In this document: positions 8,027 to 15,340 of the stretch, piece by piece
How the letters are laid out: each line of letters begins with the position of its first letter
How positions within the stretch are numbered: position 1 is the first letter of the stretch
NCBI GenBank assembly: GCA_044376115.1
Contig: JBILLK010000055.1
Coordinates: forward strand, 1 to 15,340
Source of the DNA: Polyangiaceae bacterium
Lineage (GTDB): Bacteria; Myxococcota_A; Polyangia; Polyangiales; Polyangiaceae
Direction of reading: 5' to 3'
DNA length: 15,340 nucleotides
Made by a program: the position numbers and the translations under genes
The notes under the pieces: generated by a model
What the model was told of the DNA's origin: nothing
Seen by the model: only the letters and a program-made list of their open reading frames with translations
Databases searched by the model: none

Positions 8027-8713
8027 TTGCGAACCGTCACGGATCCACGAGAGGGACTTAACGCACAGCAACGCGCCTGGACCGAGGAGGCTATTCCTAT
8101 GGTGCAGCGGATTGCTCGGCCGCTCTCCAGGAAGACAACGGTGCCCGTCGGTGAGCTTGTGAGCGCGGGTTATGAGGCGGCCGTGCGCGCTGCGCTGCTG
8201 TATGATTCGGGATCGGGAACGCCCTTCCTTGGCTATGCGGTCAAGACGGTTCAAGGCCGTATGTTGGAAGCTGCGTTTAGCCCCTCGCTAGCTGGTAAGG
8301 CTCGGCGAATGCTGGCTCGTAACGAGCAAAACAAGGCCCAATGGGCAGGGCACGTCGATGATGAGGACGAGTCCGCGACGCTGGGTAACGTGCTGGTCGG
8401 CCAGCTGCAAAGCCAGGTCCTGAGTGTGCTCGCCCCGTCGGCTGGGTCGCAGGAGACGCCGGAGGAAGAACTTGCGTCGAAGCAAGCCACGAAGCGTGCG
8501 CTGCATGCGCTCGAGGAGGTAAGGGCGACGCTCAAGCCGCAGGAACAAGTCCTGTTGCAGGCTCTTTACCAGGACGAGGCAACGCTCGAACAAGCGGCTG
8601 AGCGCGCCCAACTCAGCGTGGCCACCACCAGGCGTCTGCATGCTCAACTGAAATTGACGCTGCGCAAACGGCTCGCGAACCACGGCGTCGTTGAACTTCC
8701 GCCTCTACCATAG
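8027..8713 (+). CDS. Sigma-70 family alternative sigma factor, FliA/WhiG-like but short; start uncertain
   Basis: Region 2 is PMVQRIAR...ELVSAGYEAAVRAALLYDSGSGTPFLGYAVKTVQGRMLE. It also has TPEEEL and a region 4 HTH, LKPQEQVLLQALYQDEATLEQAAERAQLSVATTRRLH. Confidence 0.88.
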   Translation: MRTVTDPREGLNAQQRAWTEEAIPMVQRIARPLSRKTTVPVGELVSAGYEAAVRAALLYDSGSGTPFLGYAVKTVQGRMLEAAFSPSLAGKARRMLARNEQNKAQWAGHVDDEDESATLGNVLVGQLQSQVLSVLAPSAGSQETPEEELASKQATKRALHALEEVRATLKPQEQVLLQALYQDEATLEQAAERAQLSVATTRRLHAQLKLTLRKRLANHGVVELPPLP

Positions 8714-8763
8714 AGCTCGCTCTCAAACGTGCGCTGTACCGTTTCATTCAGCTGGGGATGGGT

Positions 8764-8898
8764 CTACTCCTGCACTGGATTGCAGCGCCGACGCGTCCAA
8801 CCGCAAGTCCACCGCCGCGGGACGTCGATGGGCGCGAGGATTACAGCGCCAAGCGCCAGCGTGAGTCCGCCCAGAGAACCCAGGACCAGCCATCGCAT
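8764..8898 (-). pseudogene. Small ORF (44 aa) or frameshifted lipoprotein remnant
   Basis: The ATG is 9 nt after the upstream lipoprotein stop. MRWLVLGSLGGLTLALGA is signal-like, and a one-base shift gives LGA-C-NPRAH (lipobox). Confidence 0.3.
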
Positions 8899-8907
8899 CG
8901 TCAGGGT

Positions 8908-9285
8908 CTACGGCTGTTCGCAGAACTCGATGTTGGTGTAGTTGATGGTCCAGCCATTGCACGTTGGCGCTGCGTTGCTGCAGGTATTCAGGAAGCTGAG
9001 GCGCTCCTTGGGACAAACACACTGCTCGACGTCGTCGATGAACAGACGACAATCCTGTGTCTCGACGAGGCAGGTTTCGCGGATGGTCCGGCCGTCGGGC
9101 AGCTTGCCGGTGATGTTGCACGTAGAGGCCGTCGAGCAATCTTCGACGACCACATCGAAGTCGAACGAGACGTCTTCACAGTCGATTGCGTCGCTCCCGC
9201 CAGCTCCATCGACGTCGACGATCACCACCCCGCCACACGCGGTCAGCGCCGTGAGGAGGATGGCGGCTCGTGTTCGAACGGTCAC
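8908..9285 (-). CDS. Cys-rich acidic lipoprotein (start GTG 9285 or ATG 9306)
   Basis: RTRAAILLTALTA-C lipobox, a short GAGGS linker and ten further cysteines. Confidence 0.75.
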   Translation of the reverse strand: MTVRTRAAILLTALTACGGVVIVDVDGAGGSDAIDCEDVSFDFDVVVEDCSTASTCNITGKLPDGRTIRETCLVETQDCRLFIDDVEQCVCPKERLSFLNTCSNAAPTCNGWTINYTNIEFCEQP

Positions 9286-9489
9286 GCGGGGAGCGGAGTA
9301 TTGCATCCACGCGTCATAGCGCGAAACGAGGGACAGTTTTCGCGCTACGCGCAGAAAGAGATCTCGACGCACGTCGCCCCGCGCTCTCCGGGAACGCAGG
9401 CTTCAAACCATTGGCACCCTTCGCGCGGTATTGGCCGGTAGGCCCGCCGCACTCGGGCTCGAGAGAAGGTGCAGGACGGGTCAAACAAA

Positions 9490-9521
9490 TGTGAGCACGT
9501 TCGTGTCGAGCTCAGGACTCA
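9490..9521 (+). promoter_or_regulatory. Bipartite promoter-like motif, copy 3 (kinase operon)
   Basis: TGTGAGCA (9490-9497), 17 nt, GGACTCA (9515-9521), then ttgtct and ATG (9528). Confidence 0.7.
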
Positions 9522-9527
9522 TTGTCT

Positions 9528-12500
9528 ATGAAGCCGGCAGCGATCACGATCGAGGAGGAGCTTGCGGGTTCTGCCTACGAGCCGGTTCGTCCCCTGGCAG
9601 TTGGCGGGATGGGCGAAGTGCACGTGGTCCGGCGGCGCGGCGATACCGCCTTACGGGTCATGAAGGTGGTGCGGGTGTTGGATCCCAGCCGAGCGGATGA
9701 CTTGGCGCGCCGTACCTTGGCCGAGGGCCGGGCACTGCGTGCGCTTGTTCACCCCAATATCGTGCAGCTTCTCGATGTTGGGCTCACTGCCCATGGCCGC
9801 CCGTTCCTGGTGACCGAACTCTTGCTGGGAGGAACGCTCAAGGAGGAGGTGGATTCACGCGGGCCTCTCCCTGCGGGCGAGGTCGTCGACATTCTTGTGC
9901 AAGCGCTTTCGGGGCTCGATGTAGCGCACGCGCGCGGCTTGGTTCATCGCGATCTAAAGCCACTCAACATCTTTTATGAGCAAGCGCCGCCCAACACGGT
10001 AAGACGCATCAAGCTCCTCGACTTCGGTATAGCGAAGGCCGTATCGCCGGAGGCGCAGGAGCGAGCGGGGTCTGCACTCGTCGCAACCCGTGAGGGCTAC
10101 TTCCTTGGCAGCCCAGCCTTCATGGCACCCGAGCAAGCCATGGGAAAGCCCTTGGACGGGCGCACAGATTTGTACGCCCTTGGGACGGTAGCCTTCTATC
10201 TACTTACGGGCCGAACAGTCTTTCGCGCGCTCAGCGCCGATCAAATTTTGGCGGCACACTTCTTCCTCCAGCCAGACCCGCCGAGCACCATCGCACCGCA
10301 TGTTTCAGCCGAGTTGGACGCGATTGTACTGAAGGCGCTTTCGAAGGAGCCCAAGGACCGCTTTCGATCGGCGTTCGAGATGCAGCAGGCGCTGATGAGC
10401 CTCCCCCTTACGCGTGACGGGGAGACACGCACGTTGCGACCAGCGCCAGAAGTTGTTCGCGCGCCGTCAGCCGCTGACGAGCTCACCCTGTTGCATGCCC
10501 AGCGTGCTGCGTCGGCAGAAGAAGCTCCCATGCGTGTAGAGCTGGCTCGGCCGCCGAGCGCGCCCGTTGCGCCTGCAAGGTCCGAGGAGCCATGGCGCAG
10601 CCCGCCGCCCCTCAGGCCCAGCACAGCGCAACCGCCAGCCGCAGCGCCATCCATCGCGCACGTCCAAACACCACGCTGGATGTTGGTGCTGATCGCGCTG
10701 CTTACGATCTTGGTGCTGCTGCTCGCTGCGATGCTCTGGCGCGGGCCACCTGGCAAGCCGACTCTTTCCCCCTGGGGTATCCCTCCGTTAGTCTCCGCAG
10801 CCCACCGTTCCATGGCCGTTAACCTTCCCCACGACACGATACCAGCGTCGATCGCAGCGCGGCTGCGAACCGGGCGACATGAGGCGGTGGAGCTTGCCGA
10901 TACCACCGAGGTGGAGGTCGGGCCGCGCGAGCCCGCCGTGGTTGCTGCAGCTGAACGGTTAGGGGAACTGGTTCGACCGCGCTCCGAACAGGAAGGCGTT
11001 GCCCGCGTTCCCGAGAAGCCCAACCCGAGCGCGCTGGACTTCCAATCGGGCGAGGTTTTCCGCGGTTTGAGGATGGGCGAGCGGTTTGCGAAGGGCGGGA
11101 TGTCCTCCCTGTACGACGCAAAGGGTACGGACGGGCGCGAACTCTTGGTGAAGGTCTTGCTCGCGCCTTATCGCCATCCACACTTCGCAACCATCCGCGA
11201 CAAGCTCGTTGCAGAGGGAGAGCTGCTTCGAGCACTAGGTGGCGAGCTGCCCTTCTTGGTCAATGTCCACGACGTAGGCATCGATGAACGAGTAGGACCG
11301 TTTGTTGTCATGGATAAACTGGGTGGCAGGCCGCTGGATGCGCGGCTTACGTTGTTGCGCGCCACCGGCAAAACGCTACCAAGCGATACCGTTGTACGTC
11401 TGGGCATATCGATCGCCGCGAGCCTGCATTTGATGCACGAGCGGGGCGTTGTTCACCGCGACATCAAGCCCGGTAACATTCTATTGCCCGATGCCAGTAG
11501 CAAAGGCCGCTATGGCGACGTGGTCATCATCGATTGGGGAGCGGCGAAGAGTCCTTACTCGTCTGCAACCGCGACGCACGATGCAGCCATTGGCACGGCC
11601 GCCTACATGGCGCCTGAGCAGATCTTGCGTGGCACCATCACGGGCCAGATTGACCAGTACGCTCTCAGTCATGTGCTGGTTGAATGCCTATGTGGCCGCC
11701 ACCTGCTGAGCGGAGATGACGGGCTGCCCGCTGCGGAAGAGCTCGCCAATCTCCAGATCCTCGGCCAGTTCGATAGCCCGCCGGCACACCTCGTTTCACC
11801 CCGCCTATGGGCCATTCTCGCGCGCGGACTGGAGAAGGACTTTCGCAAGCGTTACCCGTCGAGTGCTGCCTTCGCGCAGGCGCTGCGTGAATGGCTGGCT
11901 GCTCCCGATGCCACGGCCAAGGCTCCGGCGGTGCTGTCGCTGGCGGTCAAGCCCACGGTGCCGAAGGATGCTTCGCGCAACCAACCTCGGCCGGCCTTGC
12001 AATCGCGTTCCGAGGTACCGGTACCCGCCTCGCGACTTCGACTCGACGAACTTTCGGATCGCGCGAGCCTCATTGTCCGTTCGGGCGCGATGACCGGGAC
12101 GCGCTTCGCGCTGGCCGAACGGCACGTGATTGGCCGGCACCCGGGTGTTGCCAGCATCGTGCTCGAGGACGAAGGCGTCAGCCAGGAGCATGCTGTGCTC
12201 TCGGTGATTGTGATCGACGCCGCCCGGCCGGTCTACAACGTACGCGATGCGAAGAGTCGCAACGGAACAGCTGTGGGCCAACTCCGCCTGAACGACGGGA
12301 GCGACCCGGAGGCACCAGCCGGTGACACCGTCGCAGCCTTGCGTGTAGGGGAATCGCTGATCTGCGACCAGGTTGAGCTGGTGCTGTTTCCCGCGGGCAG
12401 GCTGCTGCCCAACGGCTCGTGGCAAACCTATGCAGAGGCGCGCGAGAATGAGCGTTTGCGCGATGCCGCCCTGGCGGCGGCCAATCCAGCGTTGCGAGGC

Positions 12501-13166
12501 GGGACGTCGAAGCTCGCGGCAACGCCGGTATCGCCAGCCGCGGCTGGCCGCAGCCCGGTACGGCCCCTGCCGGCGACGCTCGATGATGTGGGCACAAGTC
12601 GCGCGCAGCGCGTCGTTCCCCGCCATGAAGTCGAGCTTAGTGATCGCTGGCTCGCCCCGACGTTGCTCGTAATGGAAGCCGGGGACAAGCCAACGAGCCG
12701 GCGGTTTCATCTGGGCGATGAGGGCGTGATTGGGTCCTCACCGGACTACGCGAACATCGTGGTTCACGGGGGCAATCGCGTGAGCAAGCGCCATGCTGCG
12801 TACAGTCACATTACCGGAGCCGAGGGAGGTGAAATCACCTACGCGTTTGAGGACCTGCAGAGCGCCAACGGCCTCTGGGCCGACCCAGGTGACGCGCCGG
12901 GGAAACGGCGCCGCGTCCAGGCCCAGGTCCTTCATCCGATGCAAAGCTTATGGCTCGGTTCGGCGGCCCAGGTCCTGTTGCTCCCGCCCGGCCGCTTCCT
13001 AAGCCCGAGCGAATTTCAGGCCTGCGATAGCCAAGGGCGCTCCGTTCGTAGTCAACCGGCTCGGCACAAACTCCACCCGATCGCTGCGGCCGCCATACTG
13101 TGTGCGTCCGCCGCCCTGATTGCCGCCGTTGCGTGGTACCTGTTCCAGCGGCTCGGCCTGCTATGA
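9528..13166 (+). CDS. Tandem Hanks-type Ser/Thr kinase: kinase - Pro-rich linker - TM - kinase - FHA - FHA - TM (1212 aa)
   Basis: Kinase 1 has GGMGEV, VMK, HRDLKPLN, DFG, APE and DLYALG. A TM lies at 10677-10739. Kinase 2 has GGMSSL, LVK, HRDIKPGN, DWG, APE and DQYAL. FHA1 is IGR...VSQEHA...SRNGT and FHA2 is IGS...VSKRHA...SANG. There is a C-terminal hydrophobic helix. Confidence 0.92.
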   Translation: MKPAAITIEEELAGSAYEPVRPLAVGGMGEVHVVRRRGDTALRVMKVVRVLDPSRADDLARRTLAEGRALRALVHPNIVQLLDVGLTAHGRPFLVTELLLGGTLKEEVDSRGPLPAGEVVDILVQALSGLDVAHARGLVHRDLKPLNIFYEQAPPNTVRRIKLLDFGIAKAVSPEAQERAGSALVATREGYFLGSPAFMAPEQAMGKPLDGRTDLYALGTVAFYLLTGRTVFRALSADQILAAHFFLQPDPPSTIAPHVSAELDAIVLKALSKEPKDRFRSAFEMQQALMSLPLTRDGETRTLRPAPEVVRAPSAADELTLLHAQRAASAEEAPMRVELARPPSAPVAPARSEEPWRSPPPLRPSTAQPPAAAPSIAHVQTPRWMLVLIALLTILVLLLAAMLWRGPPGKPTLSPWGIPPLVSAAHRSMAVNLPHDTIPASIAARLRTGRHEAVELADTTEVEVGPREPAVVAAAERLGELVRPRSEQEGVARVPEKPNPSALDFQSGEVFRGLRMGERFAKGGMSSLYDAKGTDGRELLVKVLLAPYRHPHFATIRDKLVAEGELLRALGGELPFLVNVHDVGIDERVGPFVVMDKLGGRPLDARLTLLRATGKTLPSDTVVRLGISIAASLHLMHERGVVHRDIKPGNILLPDASSKGRYGDVVIIDWGAAKSPYSSATATHDAAIGTAAYMAPEQILRGTITGQIDQYALSHVLVECLCGRHLLSGDDGLPAAEELANLQILGQFDSPPAHLVSPRLWAILARGLEKDFRKRYPSSAAFAQALREWLAAPDATAKAPAVLSLAVKPTVPKDASRNQPRPALQSRSEVPVPASRLRLDELSDRASLIVRSGAMTGTRFALAERHVIGRHPGVASIVLEDEGVSQEHAVLSVIVIDAARPVYNVRDAKSRNGTAVGQLRLNDGSDPEAPAGDTVAALRVGESLICDQVELVLFPAGRLLPNGSWQTYAEARENERLRDAALAAANPALRGGTSKLAATPVSPAAAGRSPVRPLPATLDDVGTSRAQRVVPRHEVELSDRWLAPTLLVMEAGDKPTSRRFHLGDEGVIGSSPDYANIVVHGGNRVSKRHAAYSHITGAEGGEITYAFEDLQSANGLWADPGDAPGKRRRVQAQVLHPMQSLWLGSAAQVLLLPPGRFLSPSEFQACDSQGRSVRSQPARHKLHPIAAAAILCASAALIAAVAWYLFQRLGLL

Positions 13167-13780
13167 GCGAACTCAGTATCAAAGAACCCAGCGAACAGGA
13201 GATCGCCGAGCAACGCGAGCGGCTCGCGAAGCTTGCCGTGGAGCAGCCGAGCTTTGTCCAAGCCGTCGGCAAACTTGCCCGCATTACGCTTAAACCCAAG
13301 TCGGCGAGTGGCGCCACCCAGCCCAAAGGGCTCGAGCCAGTGTTTTCGCAGGATACCGTGCGTGATCTCGTGCCGCCGGCTGCGCTCGAGGCGCCGCTTC
13401 CCACCGACGACGACGACGCTGAACCGCTGGAAGCCCTCAGCCCGAAAGAGCGCAAGGTGCTGTGGCGCGGCTTTAGCGTATTGGCGATCTTCGTCGCAGG
13501 CATCGCAGTTGGTGGGCTTGTCTTCGTGCGCGCTTGCAACCAAAGCGAGCCCAAGCTCGTGGTGCCAAGCGCCGTTAGCGCGTCCGCCGCAGCAAGCTCG
13601 GTGGAGTTGCGCAGCCCACTGCCAACGAGCTCAGCCCCGCCAACACTGACGAGCGCACCCTCAGCGACCGTGACCACCAGCAAGGCGCAAAGTTCTGCGC
13701 AACCCAAACCCGAAGCGTCCGCCACACCTTCCGCAAAGACTGGGCCTTTTAGTGGGCCTGATTGGGGCATTGACCATTGA
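13163..13780 (+). CDS. Single-pass membrane protein with Ser/Ala/Pro/Thr-rich extracytoplasmic tail, 205 aa
   Basis: ATGA overlap with the kinase stop. TM is GFSVLAIFVAGIAVGGLVFV. The low-complexity stalk ends GPDWGIDH. Confidence 0.8.
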   Translation: MSELSIKEPSEQEIAEQRERLAKLAVEQPSFVQAVGKLARITLKPKSASGATQPKGLEPVFSQDTVRDLVPPAALEAPLPTDDDDAEPLEALSPKERKVLWRGFSVLAIFVAGIAVGGLVFVRACNQSEPKLVVPSAVSASAAASSVELRSPLPTSSAPPTLTSAPSATVTTSKAQSSAQPKPEASATPSAKTGPFSGPDWGIDH

Positions 13781-14820
13781 AACATCAACGAACGGCGATG
13801 ATTGGCGTGTGCGCGATGCTGCTCAGTGCACCCGCGCAGGCAGAAGAAGAAGAGCTCAATCAGGCGAGCAAAAAAGTCTATGAAGAGGCTTTGACTGCCG
13901 CGAACAAGAGTGATTGGGCGCTCTGCCGCACGCGCGCTATTGGGGTATGGCAGCAGATCAAGAGTCCGAGCGTTGCCGGCATCCTTGGTATCTGTGAGGC
14001 GGAGCTTGGCATGAATCGGGACGCGGCCGAGCATCTGGACTTTTTCCTCAAGAACCAAAAGAAGGCCACGCCCAAGCAACTGGCCCAGGTCACGGAAGCG
14101 TTCGACAAGGTCAAGCCGAAGGTGGCGCGAATCACACTTACGCCGGTACCGGACGATGCTGATGTCTTTCTTGACGATAAGCCACTCGGGCGCGGCAAGC
14201 AGACGTTCTTCGTCAATCCGGGAGACGTACGGGTTGGCGTAGCCAAGAACGGCCAAGCGAAAAACAAGACGATTAGCGTCAAGGCAGGCGAGCAACTCGA
14301 TAATCTGGTGATCGACGTACCGATCGATTCAGCGGTAGGTGGGCATGCTCAGGGTGGCAGCGGTGCAGCCGGGGCGACGGGTGGGTCCGGTGGCACCGCC
14401 GGACAAGGCGCGGCAGGAGCGGGCGGAGCAGGGCAAGGCGCCGCAGGAGCAGGCGGAGCAGGCGGGGATACCGCTGCCGAAGCCAAGCCGCTGTGGCCCG
14501 TATTCGTCCTAGGCGGAGTGGGCTTGGCGGGGATTGGCGCCGGCGTGGGATTGACGGTTGCCGGCGGTAGCCAGTACGCAGACGCCGAGCAAACCGCAGC
14601 GTGCTCCCCCTTCACGCTCGCCTGCTCCACCACCGCCACCGAACAGCTCGATGATGCCGCGCTATTGCAGAATGTGGGCATTGGCATGTTCGCCGTCGGC
14701 GGCGCCAGCCTCATCGGCATGGCGATTTACTTACTTATCCCGGAGGCCTCCAACAAGGCCGCCTTTGCTCCTTGGGTCGGCGGCGACCGCTACGGCCTCA
14801 CCACCACCTTATCCTTCTGA
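13777..14820 (+). CDS. Exported TPR-like + PEGA-like domain protein with Gly-rich linker and hydrophobic C-terminal region, 347 aa
   Basis: TTGA overlap and a signal peptide ending AQA. TPR-like LGICEAELGMNRDAAEHLDFFL and PEGA-like PDDADVFLDDKPLG...VNPGDVRV. Two Gly-rich hydrophobic helices precede a terminal beta-strand ending in Phe (YGLTTTLSF). Confidence 0.8.
   Translation: MKHQRTAMIGVCAMLLSAPAQAEEEELNQASKKVYEEALTAANKSDWALCRTRAIGVWQQIKSPSVAGILGICEAELGMNRDAAEHLDFFLKNQKKATPKQLAQVTEAFDKVKPKVARITLTPVPDDADVFLDDKPLGRGKQTFFVNPGDVRVGVAKNGQAKNKTISVKAGEQLDNLVIDVPIDSAVGGHAQGGSGAAGATGGSGGTAGQGAAGAGGAGQGAAGAGGAGGDTAAEAKPLWPVFVLGGVGLAGIGAGVGLTVAGGSQYADAEQTAACSPFTLACSTTATEQLDDAALLQNVGIGMFAVGGASLIGMAIYLLIPEASNKAAFAPWVGGDRYGLTTTLSF
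14401..14460 (+). repeat. 30-bp tandem duplication encoding GQGAAGAGGA x2
   Basis: 14401-14430 and 14431-14460 differ at 3 synonymous positions. Confidence 0.85.
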
Positions 14821-14835
14821 AAGTCGAGACCCAGC

Positions 14836-15340
14836 ATGCGACACCAAGCCCGCATTCGAACCCTGATCGCCTCAGCCATGCTCAGCGGCTGCTCCTACAA
14901 CGTCTGCGACGAATTCTTCAACGGCACCTGCCCGCCGGTTGAAACGGGTGGAGGGGGAAGTGGAGGGGGCGGGGGTGGGACGGGGGGAATAGGTGGCAAC
15001 GCAGGTGGAGGCGGTAACGCTGGTGGCGGTGGAATGGGCGGAGACGGCGGCCAAGGCGGTGGGCCGAATCCGATTTGCACCCCCACTGAGGGCGAACCGA
15101 TTGGGCCGGACTGCGGAGTGTTCGTGAACGCCGCATCGGCGGGCGGCGACGGAAGTCAGGCCATGCCGTACAGCACAATCACTGAAGCCGTCGCAGCTCT
15201 TGGCGGCGCCACGCATATCTATGTATGCGGCGGCGACAGTTTCAATGGGTCAATCACGTTACCCGCTGGCGTCTCCCTCTCCGGCGGCCTCGCTTGTGCT
15301 GATTGGACGTTTGCAGCGGCAAACACCAAGCCCACCCTCC
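14836..15340 (+). CDS. Gly-rich lipoprotein with DUF1565-like / beta-helix-type domain start (partial, runs off window)
   Basis: Absent from the ORF track because it has no stop. MRHQARIRTLIASAMLSG-C is a lipobox, followed by a poly-Gly linker and GVFVNAASAGGDGSQAMPYSTITEAV...IYVCGG...ITLPAGVSLSGG. Confidence 0.8.
   Translation, partial: MRHQARIRTLIASAMLSGCSYNVCDEFFNGTCPPVETGGGGSGGGGGGTGGIGGNAGGGGNAGGGGMGGDGGQGGGPNPICTPTEGEPIGPDCGVFVNAASAGGDGSQAMPYSTITEAVAALGGATHIYVCGGDSFNGSITLPAGVSLSGGLACADWTFAAANTKPTL

Noticed and set aside
8027..8713. Naming the sigma factor fliA
   Set aside because: No flagellar genes are nearby, region 3 is short and the recognition residues are diverged, so orthology is unsupported.
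5777..8868. Other GGACTCA occurrences (5777-5783 plus, 8862-8868 minus)
   Set aside because: They lack TGAGC at the matching upstream distance and lie within coding sequence.
10751..10765. TGGCA as a sigma-54 promoter for an internal kinase-2 transcript
   Set aside because: There is no TTGC at the -12 position.
12835..14295. 486-aa minus-strand ORF and other long antisense or alternate-frame ORFs (e.g. 6706-7524, 6827-7567, 8758-9441, 10241-11023, 11805-12710)
   Set aside because: They shadow well-supported genes, have no recognisable motifs, and are expected in high-GC DNA.
14941..15063. G-rich tract as a G-quadruplex or repeat array
   Set aside because: It is fully explained by the poly-Gly linker codons of the lipoprotein.
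1..15340. CRISPR array, tRNA, rRNA, transposase or integrase
   Set aside because: I saw no repeat-spacer periodicity, RNA gene signature or recombinase motif.

Overview
This is a GC-rich window whose gene content looks myxobacterial (Polyangiaceae/Sorangium-like; inference). The left part (1-4.3 kb) is an accessory patch. It holds a 184-bp inverted-repeat element, an EcsC-like gene, an apparently intact Fic-type antitoxin followed by a truncated Fic toxin remnant missed by the ORF track, a membrane-protein gene split by one TAG, and an intact RHH/PIN (VapBC-like) toxin-antitoxin pair. The middle holds a decaying minus-strand spike cassette: vgrG with a nonsense codon and a frameshift, a DUF2169-like C-terminal remnant, and PAAR. 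This cassette is divergent from a small acidic protein plus a FliA/WhiG-like sigma factor. The right part holds a Cys-rich lipoprotein and then a coupled operon: tandem Ser/Thr kinase (kinase-TM-kinase-FHA-FHA-TM), single-pass membrane protein, TPR/PEGA-like exported protein and a Gly-rich lipoprotein running off the window. The key observation is that one bipartite motif, TGAGC(A/G)-N17-GGACTCA, sits with identical spacing upstream of vgrG, the sigma operon and the kinase operon. In two of the three cases it lies exactly 6 nt before the ATG. This suggests an alternative-sigma regulon linking a kinase/envelope module to a contractile-injection spike. All family calls are by eye from motifs; no searches were run.
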